From: Thermococcus sp.
GTDB taxonomy: Archaea > Methanobacteriota_B > Thermococci > Thermococcales > Thermococcaceae
Direction: 5' to 3'
Length of the DNA: 64,000 nt
NCBI RefSeq assembly: GCF_027052235.1
Contig: NZ_JALUFF010000081.1
Location: forward strand, 5,136-69,135
In this document: in pieces, positions 1-9,021 of the stretch
How the letters are laid out: every line of letters starts with the position of its first letter
Position numbering within the stretch: position 1 is the first letter of the stretch
Translations under genes and position numbers: made by a program
The notes under the pieces: generated by a model
Told to the model about the DNA's origin: nothing
The model's database searches: none
The model's input: the letters and a program-made list of their open reading frames with translations, nothing else

Positions 1-1
1 A

Positions 2-2146
2 GGCCCCTGGGGGTTTCAGATAAGGCTTTTCCACCCCCTCGGCCTCTGGATGACCCCCGCTTACCTCCACAAGTTCTTCTCCATCTTCGGCCTCTCACTC
101 TACAACTCCTTCAGGATAACCCCCGTAATCTTCGGTGTCCTGACGGTTGCCTTCGCATACCTCTCCATCCTAAAACTTTACGGCAAAAGAACGGCCTTTC
201 TTTCGGGATTTTTCCTCGCGGTGAGCTTTGGCCACGTCTTCCGCTCGATGGCAGGCTACTACCGCGGGGACAACTACATGCTCTTCTGGTACAGCGTGGC
301 GCTTTTTGGAACGGCACTCGCACTCTCAAAGAAAAATCCGCGCTGGAGGTACAGGCAACTAGTTCTTTACCTGATTCCAGCGTTCTCAACAGGTCTCGCT
401 GCTGCATTCTGGCAGGCCTACTACCCGATATTCGCTCTAGTATTGGCTAATGCCATTTTGCTGGGAATCGGGGCCTTTCTCATCAAGAGAGACCGCTACA
501 TAATTGACGGACTGACTTTGGCGGGAGGAACGGCAATCGGGGCACTCCTCGCCAACCAGATAGGCGCCACTCTCGGCTATGGGATGGTGGGTTACAACCG
601 CTGGATCGCTAAAAAGCTCGCCGAGCAACTAGGAATTCACTTCGGTACAATAAAGGACGTTTTCCTTATATTCTACCTCAAATACGCCCTCCCCGTTGCA
701 CTTTTCGCCCTGCTGGCCCTTCTCATCATCTCAAAGTTCGTGAAGGAGCCGAAACAACGGCTCGCTATAATCGGTGCCGGAACGGCGCTCTTCCTGTGGC
801 TGGGATTTACCTACTTCGACAGGTTCCTGAACGCATTCCTCGGGCTGTTCTCCAGCAACCCCATACTTGAGACCCAGAGGATGTCCTTCAGGGCTTGGTG
901 GGAGGCTTACGGGGTTACGGGTCTGCTCTTTCCACTCTTCTTCCTCCGCTTTAGAAAGCCCAAGATAGCCGATTTTCTGCTTCTTGGAACGCTCACTGTT
1001 CTCCTTCCAATGGCCCTGATCTGGACGCGTTTCCTCTTCATAGCCTCCCTCGGAGTTGCACTTGCCTCGGGTATAGGACTCGTTGAGCTTTACGACCTCT
1101 CGGATTCCCTCGTGAGGAACATCGGGAAAGCTAAGTTAAAGAGGGCCATGTCTTTAATATTGCTTCTCTTTGTGATTGGAACGCCAGCAGTCGCGACCTA
1201 TCAGGGGTTTAAGACCTCACTATCTGTTAAGCCGTTCATGAACCCCTACTGGGAGAACGCGCTCAAATACCTCGGGAACCATTCAAACGTAAACGACGTG
1301 GTTATAACGTGGTGGGATCAGGGCCACTGGGTAACCTATTACTCCATGCGCGCCCCTGTCGCCCAGGGAGAGCCGAGCAAGTGGGTGGCAATGTACTACC
1401 TGGGCCTAAAAAAGGACTCCGAGCTGATGAATCTTGGCGTGGACTACGTGATAGTCTCCTACGATACAGTGTTAAAGTTTGGCTCGGTTGTTGAGACTGC
1501 CGGAGCTCCAGAGGACTACGTCCTCATCCCCCTGTACGGAAGAGAGTCCTATGGAAGTATGCTCGTGTTCTCAAACGGCCCCTACTCCCTGATGGCTGTT
1601 CCCGGGAAGATATGGAACGTCAAGGTTAACATCGCCGGGAGGGTTCTGAGCCCCGAAAGGGCCTTCGTCGAGAGGGGCAAAGTTATCAGCGAGGTTCAGC
1701 TTTCATCCCAGGGGGTCCCAGGCCTCTACGCTTACATCAACCTGAACTATGGTTATGCCGTGATAATGAATCCTAAGGCCTTCAGAACCCCCTTGGCGAG
1801 GCTCATGTTCACCGATGAGTATCCCAAGAACTACAGGCTGGTTTACTCAGACGGAGGTATTGTAAAAATTTTCCGCTTCATCCATCCGAACGTTGTGGTT
1901 GAGCAGGGAAACGGTTCCATCGTGCTGAGGTTCGAGAACGACACGGGAACTTCACTCGGCATACTCGGCTTTCTCGACAACGGGACTCTGGTCTACAAAA
2001 AGTGGTTCAACGTTAAGGGTAAGGACGAGTTTATCCTGCCCGAGAACCTCAATGGGAGTGTGGTCGTCAGATACACCTACACCAAGAAGGGACTAGTTCT
2101 AGACAGGGGCATTTTCAGGATTGACGACGTTCTGGGGACCGGTTAG
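2..2146 (+). CDS. aglB: Oligosaccharyltransferase AglB/STT3 family, 5'-truncated by the window edge
   Basis: Frame is open from position 2 (GPWGFQIRLFHPLGLWM...); many TM helices then a soluble C-terminal domain with WWDQGHW (WWDYG-type motif) and a downstream D-x-x-x-K element. Confidence 0.8.
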   Translation, partial: GPWGFQIRLFHPLGLWMTPAYLHKFFSIFGLSLYNSFRITPVIFGVLTVAFAYLSILKLYGKRTAFLSGFFLAVSFGHVFRSMAGYYRGDNYMLFWYSVALFGTALALSKKNPRWRYRQLVLYLIPAFSTGLAAAFWQAYYPIFALVLANAILLGIGAFLIKRDRYIIDGLTLAGGTAIGALLANQIGATLGYGMVGYNRWIAKKLAEQLGIHFGTIKDVFLIFYLKYALPVALFALLALLIISKFVKEPKQRLAIIGAGTALFLWLGFTYFDRFLNAFLGLFSSNPILETQRMSFRAWWEAYGVTGLLFPLFFLRFRKPKIADFLLLGTLTVLLPMALIWTRFLFIASLGVALASGIGLVELYDLSDSLVRNIGKAKLKRAMSLILLLFVIGTPAVATYQGFKTSLSVKPFMNPYWENALKYLGNHSNVNDVVITWWDQGHWVTYYSMRAPVAQGEPSKWVAMYYLGLKKDSELMNLGVDYVIVSYDTVLKFGSVVETAGAPEDYVLIPLYGRESYGSMLVFSNGPYSLMAVPGKIWNVKVNIAGRVLSPERAFVERGKVISEVQLSSQGVPGLYAYINLNYGYAVIMNPKAFRTPLARLMFTDEYPKNYRLVYSDGGIVKIFRFIHPNVVVEQGNGSIVLRFENDTGTSLGILGFLDNGTLVYKKWFNVKGKDEFILPENLNGSVVVRYTYTKKGLVLDRGIFRIDDVLGTG

Positions 2147-2215
2147 CATCCCGAAACCCTTATTAATCTTCCCGAGTGGTATCCGTAGGTGTATTTAAAG
2201 CCAGAGGTGATCGGA

Positions 2216-2431
2216 ATGGAGGAGCTCGTTGAGATTAAGATACCGAAGAGCCTTTATGATAGGATAAAAGAGCACGTCGAGGGAACTGGCTTCGAAAGCG
2301 TAGATGAGTACGTCACCTACGTCCTCCGGGAAGTTCTCGCGAACCTTGAGGAGGAAGAGGAGGAAGTTTTCAGTGAGGAGGAAGAAGAGAAGGTCAAGGA
2401 GCGTCTCAGGGCCCTCGGCTACCTCGACTGA
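2216..2431 (+). CDS. CopG/ribbon-helix-helix protein with acidic tail ending ERLRALGYLD
   Basis: RBS GAGGTGA before ATG 2216; VEIKIPKSLYDRIKEH RHH pattern. Confidence 0.75.
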   Translation: MEELVEIKIPKSLYDRIKEHVEGTGFESVDEYVTYVLREVLANLEEEEEEVFSEEEEEKVKERLRALGYLD

Positions 2432-2452
2432 TTTCTTTTTTAGGTGGTGGAA

Positions 2453-3592
2453 ATGGTCTCAAAGCCCCATGGCGGAAAGCTTGTAAGGAGAATAGTTGCT
2501 GAAAGAACCCGCGAGAGGATTCTCAGCGAGCAGGAGGAATACCCCAAGGTGGATATAGACCACGGGAGGGCGATAGACCTTGAGAACATCGCCCACGGTG
2601 TTTACTCCCCTCTCAAAGGCTTCCTGACGAGCGACGACTTCCAAAGTGTTCTTGACAGCATGCGCCTGAGCAACGACTTACCATGGACGATTCCGATAGT
2701 CCTCGACGTGAAAAGGCCCAACTTTGACGAGGGGGACGCCGTTCTGCTCTACTACGACGGCCTCCCGATAGCGAGGATGCACGTCGAGGAGATTTACACC
2801 TATGACAAGAGGGAGTTCGCGATCAAGGTATTCAAGACCGATGACATAAACCATCCGGGCGTTGCCCGGGTAATGGGAATGGGTGACTATCTGGTTGGCG
2901 GTGAGATAGAGCTCCTCAACGAGGTTCCAAACCCCTTCGCGAAGTACACCCTTAGGCCGGTCGAGACTAGGGTGCTCTTCAAGGAGCTCGGCTGGAAGAC
3001 GATAGTCGCTTTTCAGACGAGGAACGTTCCTCACCTCGGCCACGAGTACGTCCAGAAAGCGGCTTTAACCTTCGTTGACGGCCTCTTCGTTAACCCCGTC
3101 CTCGGAAGGAAGAAGAAGGGCGACTACAAGGACGAGGTCATAATAAAGGCTTACGAAGCTTTGTTCAGGCATTATTATCCAAGGGACGCTGCGACTCTCG
3201 CGACGGTTCGCTACGAGATGCGCTATGCCGGGCCTAGAGAGGCAATCCACCACGCTATAATGAGGAAGAACATGGGTGCAACGCATTTCATCGTCGGGAG
3301 AGATCACGCTGGCGTTGGCGACTACTACGGGCCATATGAAGCATGGGACATGTTTGACAACTTCCCAGACCTCGGCATAACGCCGATGTTCATCAGGGAG
3401 GCCTTCTACTGCAAGAAGTGCGGGGGAATGGTCAACGCGAAGATATGTCCCCACAGTGAGGAGTTCCACGTCCACATAAGCGGAACAAAGCTGAGGAAGA
3501 TGATTATGGCCGGGGAGCAACCACCGGAGTACATGATGAGGCCCGAGGTTTATGAAGTAGTCAGGAGCTTCGAGAATCCGTTCGTGGAGTGA
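2453..3592 (+). CDS. sat: Sulfate adenylyltransferase (ATP sulfurylase)
   Basis: QTRNVPHLGHE (QxRN..HxGH), VGRDHAG, Zn-site CKKC...C...H; start KPHGGKLV. Confidence 0.97.
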   Translation: MVSKPHGGKLVRRIVAERTRERILSEQEEYPKVDIDHGRAIDLENIAHGVYSPLKGFLTSDDFQSVLDSMRLSNDLPWTIPIVLDVKRPNFDEGDAVLLYYDGLPIARMHVEEIYTYDKREFAIKVFKTDDINHPGVARVMGMGDYLVGGEIELLNEVPNPFAKYTLRPVETRVLFKELGWKTIVAFQTRNVPHLGHEYVQKAALTFVDGLFVNPVLGRKKKGDYKDEVIIKAYEALFRHYYPRDAATLATVRYEMRYAGPREAIHHAIMRKNMGATHFIVGRDHAGVGDYYGPYEAWDMFDNFPDLGITPMFIREAFYCKKCGGMVNAKICPHSEEFHVHISGTKLRKMIMAGEQPPEYMMRPEVYEVVRSFENPFVE

Positions 3593-3626
3593 GTATTATC
3601 CGGCCTTCTCGTTTTAATTCTAAACG

Positions 3627-4682
3627 GTGTTCGGAATGAAGGTTGAGAGTGGCATAGCGGACGTAATTGAAAGTTTCGGCAGGAAGGCAGAAAATGATGC
3701 TCTCAAAGAGTTCCTAACCGAGAGGGCTGGGTTAGAGAAAGCCGGCATGCACCTCATAGTTCACCACTGGGATACGGACGGGATAACCTCAGCGGCGCTT
3801 CTCGTGAAGGCCCTTAAACTGAAGGAGTTCACGAACATGACGGCACCGATAGGCGACTTCAGGTTTGACGAGAGAATATGGAACGCTATCGAGAAGGCCA
3901 ATATACTCTACGTCCTCGACTTCAACGTGCCGAACGAGGTCGAGAGGGTGAGAATTCCGACGCTCTTCATAGACCACCACAATCAGGGAAGGATTAAGAA
4001 CCCGCTCGTGGGGCAGGTCAATCCTTCTCTTAAGGGCGAATACTATCCGTCATGCTCGCTCGTCGTCTCGGAGTATTTCAACGTCTTCAACGCGTGGAGC
4101 GCCCTCGGCGCCGTTGGAGACATCGGCGAGAAGGCTTTCGAGCTGGATGTTGTTAGGAAGCTCCTCAAGAAAGAAGGCCTATCGCAGTCGGAAGCCCTAA
4201 GGCTGGTGGAACTAATAGACTCCAACTACATCGCGATGGACAGAAAAGCGGTGGAGGATGCAGTAAGGGTTCTCCTTGAGAACAATACTAAAGACCTCCT
4301 CGAATACGAGCCTTGGCTCAAGAAAGCGGAAGCGATAAGAGAGGCCATAGAAAAAGCCCTCTCGGATGCCGAGGAGAGGAACGGCTTTGCCTTTGTGGAA
4401 TTTGAGAGTCCCTTCAACATCATCTCAAAGGTCGCGAGAAAGCTCGTCTGGGAGTTAAACTACCGTGGAGCCATTGTTGTCAATGAGAACTTCCACGGAA
4501 AGGCCCAGATGTACTTCAGGATCTCCCCGGAAGAGGCCGAGAGGATAGATATGGAGGGGATTATCGCCAGGCTTAAAGCCTTAGGCACGAACTCCGGGGG
4601 GAAGAGGGAAGTTGTAGGTTGCGTCTGCGGGAGGAATAAAATCAGGAATGCGCTCAGAATCATTGAGGAATATCTGGGGTGA
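3627..4682 (+). CDS. DHH-family phosphoesterase (candidate pAp phosphatase)
   Basis: HHWDTDG, VLDF, IDHH and C-terminal SGG motifs; the pAp role is inferred from context. Confidence 0.8.
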   Translation: MFGMKVESGIADVIESFGRKAENDALKEFLTERAGLEKAGMHLIVHHWDTDGITSAALLVKALKLKEFTNMTAPIGDFRFDERIWNAIEKANILYVLDFNVPNEVERVRIPTLFIDHHNQGRIKNPLVGQVNPSLKGEYYPSCSLVVSEYFNVFNAWSALGAVGDIGEKAFELDVVRKLLKKEGLSQSEALRLVELIDSNYIAMDRKAVEDAVRVLLENNTKDLLEYEPWLKKAEAIREAIEKALSDAEERNGFAFVEFESPFNIISKVARKLVWELNYRGAIVVNENFHGKAQMYFRISPEEAERIDMEGIIARLKALGTNSGGKREVVGCVCGRNKIRNALRIIEEYLG

Positions 4683-6118
4683 GTGTTATGGAGTTTGAGA
4701 GGAAGGTTAGGGAAGGTATGGCCGAAACAAAGAAGCTCTTCGTTATAGGTCTCGATTCCGCTCCGCCGGAGCTGCTCTTCGGAAAGTTCTACGACGAACT
4801 GCCAAACATGAGGAGGCTCATCGAGCGCTCCATCCACGGGCCGATGAAGACGGGGATTCCCGCGATAACGATTCCGATGTGGATGGTCATGGTTACAGGG
4901 AAGACACCGGGCGAGCTCGGTCTCTACGGCTTCAGACACAGGAAGGGCTACAGCTACACGGAATACTGGATTGCCCACAGTAAAAAGGTGAAGGAACCGA
5001 CCCTGTGGGATCATCTTGGCGAAACGGGGAGGAAATCGATAATAGTCGGCGTCCCGCCGACCTATCCGCCGAAGCCGATCAAAGGCCACCTCGTCAGCTG
5101 CTTCATAACGCCCGATGCCAGCGTTGACTACACCTACCCTAAGGAGCTTAAGGGGGAGATTGAGCGTTTGGTTGGCGAGTACATCTTCGACGTCCCGTTC
5201 AGGAAAGAGGCCAAAGATGAAGTTAAGGAAGGCCTCTGGGAGATGACGGAGAAGAGGTTTGAGGTCATCAGATACCTCCTCCAAGAGAAGGACTGGGACT
5301 ACTTCCACTTCGTCGAGATAGGCTTGGATAGAGTTCACCACGCCTTCTGGAGATACTTCGACCCCAACCACCACCTCTATCCGGGAAAAGGAAACAAGTA
5401 CGAGACCGTCATTCCAGACTACTGGAAGCTCCTAGACAAAGAAATTGGAAAGACGCTAAAGCTGATAGACCTAGACGAAACCGCTGTCATGATAGTCTCT
5501 GACCACGGAATCAAGGGGATGCACGGCAACTTCGCCGTCAACCAGTGGCTCGCCGAGGAGGGCCTGCTGAAGATGAGGAACCCTGAGGTTCTGCACGATG
5601 GTAAGGTGAAGCGCTTCGAGCAGGTAAAGATTGACTGGAAGGAGACGACAGCATGGGGCTGGGGAGGCTACTACTCAAGGATCTTCCTCAACGTGAAGGG
5701 CAGGGAACTCTTCGGGAAAGTTCCCAAGAGCAAATTCGAAGAAGTTAGGGACGAGGTTGCCGAGCTTATACGCTCCATAAGGGGGCCGAACGGCGAGAAG
5801 TGGGACAACCGTGTTTACTATCCCGAGGACATCTATCCCGTCACAAGGGGCAGCAAGCCGGACATAATGGTCTACTTCGACAACCTGAACTGGCGCGCGG
5901 CAGGAACCGTTGGGCATCCAACCAACTACCTGCCGGAGAACGACACCGGCCCGGACGACGCCAACCACTCCGAGGTTGGGGTCTTCTCCCTCTACCTGCC
6001 CGGGCTGGATGAGGAGAAGGGGACACAGCTCACAATCTATGACGTTGCTCCAACAGTGCTCACCCTCTTCGGCCTGAGGGAGAAGGCTGAAGAGCTCAGA
6101 GGGAGGAGTATCCTCTAA
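4679..6118 (+). CDS. Alkaline-phosphatase superfamily, type I phosphodiesterase/nucleotide pyrophosphatase-like
   Basis: IGLDS, PAITIPMW (Thr nucleophile), DRVHH, VSDHG, DVAPT...GRSIL. Confidence 0.88.
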   Translation: MSVMEFERKVREGMAETKKLFVIGLDSAPPELLFGKFYDELPNMRRLIERSIHGPMKTGIPAITIPMWMVMVTGKTPGELGLYGFRHRKGYSYTEYWIAHSKKVKEPTLWDHLGETGRKSIIVGVPPTYPPKPIKGHLVSCFITPDASVDYTYPKELKGEIERLVGEYIFDVPFRKEAKDEVKEGLWEMTEKRFEVIRYLLQEKDWDYFHFVEIGLDRVHHAFWRYFDPNHHLYPGKGNKYETVIPDYWKLLDKEIGKTLKLIDLDETAVMIVSDHGIKGMHGNFAVNQWLAEEGLLKMRNPEVLHDGKVKRFEQVKIDWKETTAWGWGGYYSRIFLNVKGRELFGKVPKSKFEEVRDEVAELIRSIRGPNGEKWDNRVYYPEDIYPVTRGSKPDIMVYFDNLNWRAAGTVGHPTNYLPENDTGPDDANHSEVGVFSLYLPGLDEEKGTQLTIYDVAPTVLTLFGLREKAEELRGRSIL

Positions 6119-6133
6119 GCTCTAGGTCTCAAG

Positions 6134-6394
6134 GTGAATGCGATGGAAATTAGGTTCATTCCCCATGCACTGGAGAGACTTAGGGAAAGGAGAATACCAA
6201 AAGAACTCATAGAAGAAACGCTCTCAAGCCCTGACACTGTTTTAGAGGGATACTGCGGCAGGAGAGTCGCTCAGAAACACCTAAACGGTAAACTGATAAG
6301 GGTTATCTACGAAGAGGAAACGGATGGGGTGTTAGTAGTTATTACAGCCTACGTAACGTCAAAAGTCAAAAAACATGGAGGTGAGGAAAGGTGA
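6134..6394 (+). CDS. DUF4258-type (RelE-like) toxin
   Basis: HALERLRERRI...IRVIYEE...VITAY pattern; 4-nt overlap with the next gene. Confidence 0.75.
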   Translation: MNAMEIRFIPHALERLRERRIPKELIEETLSSPDTVLEGYCGRRVAQKHLNGKLIRVIYEEETDGVLVVITAYVTSKVKKHGGEER

Positions 6395-6606
6395 GGATAT
6401 CCTACGATCCCAAGCACGATGTCATGTACATAAAGTTCTCCGACGCAAAGATTGTCGAGACCATTGAGGTAGAAGAAGGTGTGATAATAGACTACGGCGA
6501 GAACGGGGAGATAGTAGGCATAGAAATAATCAACGCCTCTATGAGAACTCATTCGTATCCTTTAAACGAAATAACTGTGAAGATCGAAGAGGCCACAGTC
6601 CATTAA
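6391..6606 (+). CDS. DUF2283-type antitoxin partner
   Basis: ISYDPKHDVMYI...IIDYGENGEIVGIEII signature. Confidence 0.8.
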   Translation: MRISYDPKHDVMYIKFSDAKIVETIEVEEGVIIDYGENGEIVGIEIINASMRTHSYPLNEITVKIEEATVH

Positions 6607-6637
6607 TGCTTGGCAATCATCGAACGGAGGGGATGAG

Positions 6638-7183
6638 ATGACTGGGCACAAAAGCCTCGAAAAGGGCTTTACAATCTGGCTCACAGGGCCGAGCGGGGCG
6701 GGGAAGACGACCTTAGCCGTAAAGCTGGCAAAAAGACTAAGGGAAATGGGCTACCGCGTCGAGATACTCGATGGCGATACGATAAGAAAAACCCTCTACC
6801 CAAACCTGGGCTTTTCAAAGGAAGCCAGGGAGATGCACAACAGGGTTGTAATCCATATGGCCAAGCTCCTCAGCAGGAACGGCGTCATAGCGATAGTTTC
6901 GCTAATCTCGCCATACAAAGCCGTCAGAGAATACGCGAGAAAAGAGATAGGAGACTTCATCGAGGTCTACGTTTACGCTCCCCTGGAGGTCAGGATAAAG
7001 CGCGACCCGAAAGGGCTCTACGCGAAAGCGTTAAGGGGCGAGATAAAAGGATTAACTGGCTACGACGGCGTTTATGAGGAACCTGAAAACCCGGAAGTTG
7101 AAGTAGACTCCTCAAGGATGACTCCAGAGGAGGAAGTTGAGGCAGTCATAGCAAAGGCCCGCGAGCTGGGCTACCTGCCTTGA
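6638..7183 (+). CDS. cysC: Adenylyl-sulfate kinase
   Basis: IWLTGPSGAGKTT P-loop, LDGD, DPKGLY, YEEPENPE. Confidence 0.96.
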   Translation: MTGHKSLEKGFTIWLTGPSGAGKTTLAVKLAKRLREMGYRVEILDGDTIRKTLYPNLGFSKEAREMHNRVVIHMAKLLSRNGVIAIVSLISPYKAVREYARKEIGDFIEVYVYAPLEVRIKRDPKGLYAKALRGEIKGLTGYDGVYEEPENPEVEVDSSRMTPEEEVEAVIAKARELGYLP

Positions 7184-7201
7184 ACCTACGGGGGGAGGGC
7201 G

Positions 7202-7939
7202 TTGGATCCAACCTTTATCGGGCTGGGCTTTCTGGTGGGCTTCCTCGTCGGCCTCACCGGCGTCGGCGGCGGTGCTTTAATGACGCCTTCCCTTATATTC
7301 CTCGGTGTCGAGCCCGTTGTAGCGGTGGGTACCGACCTTCTTTATGCAACGGTTACGAGGATCTTCGGGGTACTCTTTCACGGAAGGAAGTGCGGGATAA
7401 GGTACGACATAGCACTGAGGCTCTTCGCCGGGAGCGTTCCCGCGGTGATTCTAGGTGGACTGCTCCTCCGCTGGATAGACAAGGAAGTCCTCAACGAGTA
7501 CCTCACGGTTCTCCTCGGGACTATCCTGATAACAAGCGCAATTTTGGGACTCCTCAAAGGGGAAATCCATGTCCCGATAAGACCGAGGTGGGCTTACGTT
7601 TATCTCCTCGGATTCATCGTGGGTTTAACCGTCCAGTTCACATCCGTTGGGGCAGGGGTGATAGTGAGCTTCACGCTGATGAATATCGCCCGGTTAGAGC
7701 CCAGAGATGTCGTTGGCGTGACTATAGTTTATGGTTTGGCACTTTCTGGACTGAGTTTCCTCAACTACGCCGGTCTTAACGGTGTTGACTACGGTCTGGC
7801 TTTTCTCCTAATTCTGGGAACAATTCCCGGGGTTTACCTCGGGACTCATGTTAACAGGAATTCTACGGGAGAGAAACTCAAACGGGCGATAAACGTTATA
7901 GTTCTGGTGATTGGGCTTCTGATAGTGTTTAAGGGATAA
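7202..7939 (+). CDS. TSUP/TauE-SafE family sulfite/sulfur-compound exporter
   Basis: GLTGVGGGALMTP, AVGTDL, second repeat SVGAG; hydrophobic. Confidence 0.88.
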   Translation: MDPTFIGLGFLVGFLVGLTGVGGGALMTPSLIFLGVEPVVAVGTDLLYATVTRIFGVLFHGRKCGIRYDIALRLFAGSVPAVILGGLLLRWIDKEVLNEYLTVLLGTILITSAILGLLKGEIHVPIRPRWAYVYLLGFIVGLTVQFTSVGAGVIVSFTLMNIARLEPRDVVGVTIVYGLALSGLSFLNYAGLNGVDYGLAFLLILGTIPGVYLGTHVNRNSTGEKLKRAINVIVLVIGLLIVFKG

Positions 7940-7970
7940 AAAGAAAACAAATCACACAATTTATTTTACC

Positions 7971-7986
7971 GAAAACTTTTTAAATA
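7971..7986 (+). promoter_or_regulatory. BRE/TATA promoter of the tRNA pair
   Basis: GAAAAC-TTTTTAAATA about 25 nt upstream of the tRNA-Glu 5' end. Confidence 0.7.
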
Positions 7987-8011
7987 CTCTCTCAGTCCTA
8001 ATCCCGGAAGC

Positions 8012-8089
8012 GCCCGGGTGGTGTAGCCCGGTCAATCATGCGGGACTCTCGATCCCGCGACCCGGGTTCAAATCCCGGCCCGGGCACCA
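8012..8089 (+). tRNA. tRNA-Glu(CTC)
   Basis: Acceptor GCCCGGG/CCCGGGC, anticodon arm CGGGA-CTCTCGA-TCCCG, GTTCAAATC T-loop, encoded CCA. Confidence 0.96.
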
Positions 8090-8099
8090 AACTTCTCCT

Positions 8100-8177
8100 G
8101 GGCCCGTGGCTCAGCCTGGTCAGAGCGCCCGCCTGATAAGCGGGAGGTCCGGGGTTCGAAGCCCCGCGGGCCCACCA
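8100..8177 (+). tRNA. tRNA-Ile(GAT)
   Basis: Acceptor GGGCCCG/CGGGCCC, anticodon arm CCCGC-CTGATAA-GCGGG, GTTCGAA T-loop, encoded CCA. Confidence 0.96.
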
Positions 8178-8182
8178 GAAAA

Positions 8183-8472
8183 CAAACTTTTGCCGAGCAA
8201 AAGTTTGATCAAGGTTCGTGGTTCTCTTTGATAATGCCAAAGCGCGAGTTGATTCCTTTCACGAGCTGTTTTGAGAGTGAATTCCCCCACTATTGCCCTC
8301 TCAAGGAGTTCTCTTTCCTCACACTCCGGGCGTCGATTAAAGTTGAACTCCCAATAAAAAGCGAATTAACAAGGAGAATCCAAGATTCATTCCAGCGTTT
8401 TTAAATGGAATCCCCTTAAACTGGTAGTTTAAGAAGAACCACAAACTTTTGGTGAAGCTTTTTCCAAAAAAG
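8183..8472. repeat. About 290-bp non-coding, hairpin-bounded element (possible MITE or IS200/IS605 remnant)
   Basis: 10-bp stem CAAACTTTTG-CCGAG-CAAAAGTTTG at 8183-8207; ACAAACTTTTG repeated at 8182 and 8441; 8-bp stem at 8415-8433. Confidence 0.45.
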
Positions 8473-8480
8473 ACAGAACC

Positions 8481-8981
8481 CTACCGCCTTCTCCTCAGGA
8501 ATTCACCGATGTCGGTGACGTTGAGGATGAACTTTTTCTTGCTCTCAGGGTTTATCCTGCCTATGCCGAGGATTATTCCGTTCTCGTCGTATATCACGAG
8601 CTTCTTCGTTCCCTGCCAGTTATAAGAGCGCACACCGCTTCTCGGAACGTCCTTCCCGGTGGTGAAGAGAAAGCCCGCCTTTGAAGTTAGGACTGCATAG
8701 TTCTTCTCAACATTAACGAAGTAGAAGAACTCAACGTTGGGATAGAACTTCTCGACGAGGTTGTCAATCTTTATCGTGCCGACAAATGTGCCGTAGGCGT
8801 AGGGCTTGAGCTTAAGCCTCTCTATCTCCTTCCATAGCCTCTCATTCACCGCATAAACGTCCCTAAAGCGACCCTCAACGACGGCGAAGGTGTGATGCAT
8901 GAGCTCGCCGTACTTCTCGGCCTCCCTAAGAATGAGGTCGTACTCCCAGGCTGAGGCCCTTCTATACCTTAACCCCTCCAT
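8481..8981 (-). CDS. PUA-domain / NIP7-like RNA-binding protein
   Basis: FLFTTGKDV...[14 protein letters not shown]...TDIGEFLRR resembles the PUA C-terminus. Confidence 0.65.
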   Translation of the reverse strand: MEGLRYRRASAWEYDLILREAEKYGELMHHTFAVVEGRFRDVYAVNERLWKEIERLKLKPYAYGTFVGTIKIDNLVEKFYPNVEFFYFVNVEKNYAVLTSKAGFLFTTGKDVPRSGVRSYNWQGTKKLVIYDENGIILGIGRINPESKKKFILNVTDIGEFLRRRR

Positions 8982-9021
8982 CGACCCGGATTGGGTGAGA
9001 AGCTTAAAAGCTTATTCGGTG

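Noticed and set aside
4460-5374. 304-aa minus-strand ORF
   Set aside because: Antisense shadow of the DHH and AP-family genes; no motifs
7180-7779. 199-aa alternative-frame ORF
   Set aside because: Overlaps the well-supported TSUP gene; Arg/Pro-rich off-frame composition
7998-8240. 80-aa minus-strand ORF
   Set aside because: Antisense shadow of the two tRNA genes
8000-8480. tRNA-anchored integrated virus or plasmid
   Set aside because: No integrase, no duplicated tRNA 3' end (attR) and no viral genes seen in the window
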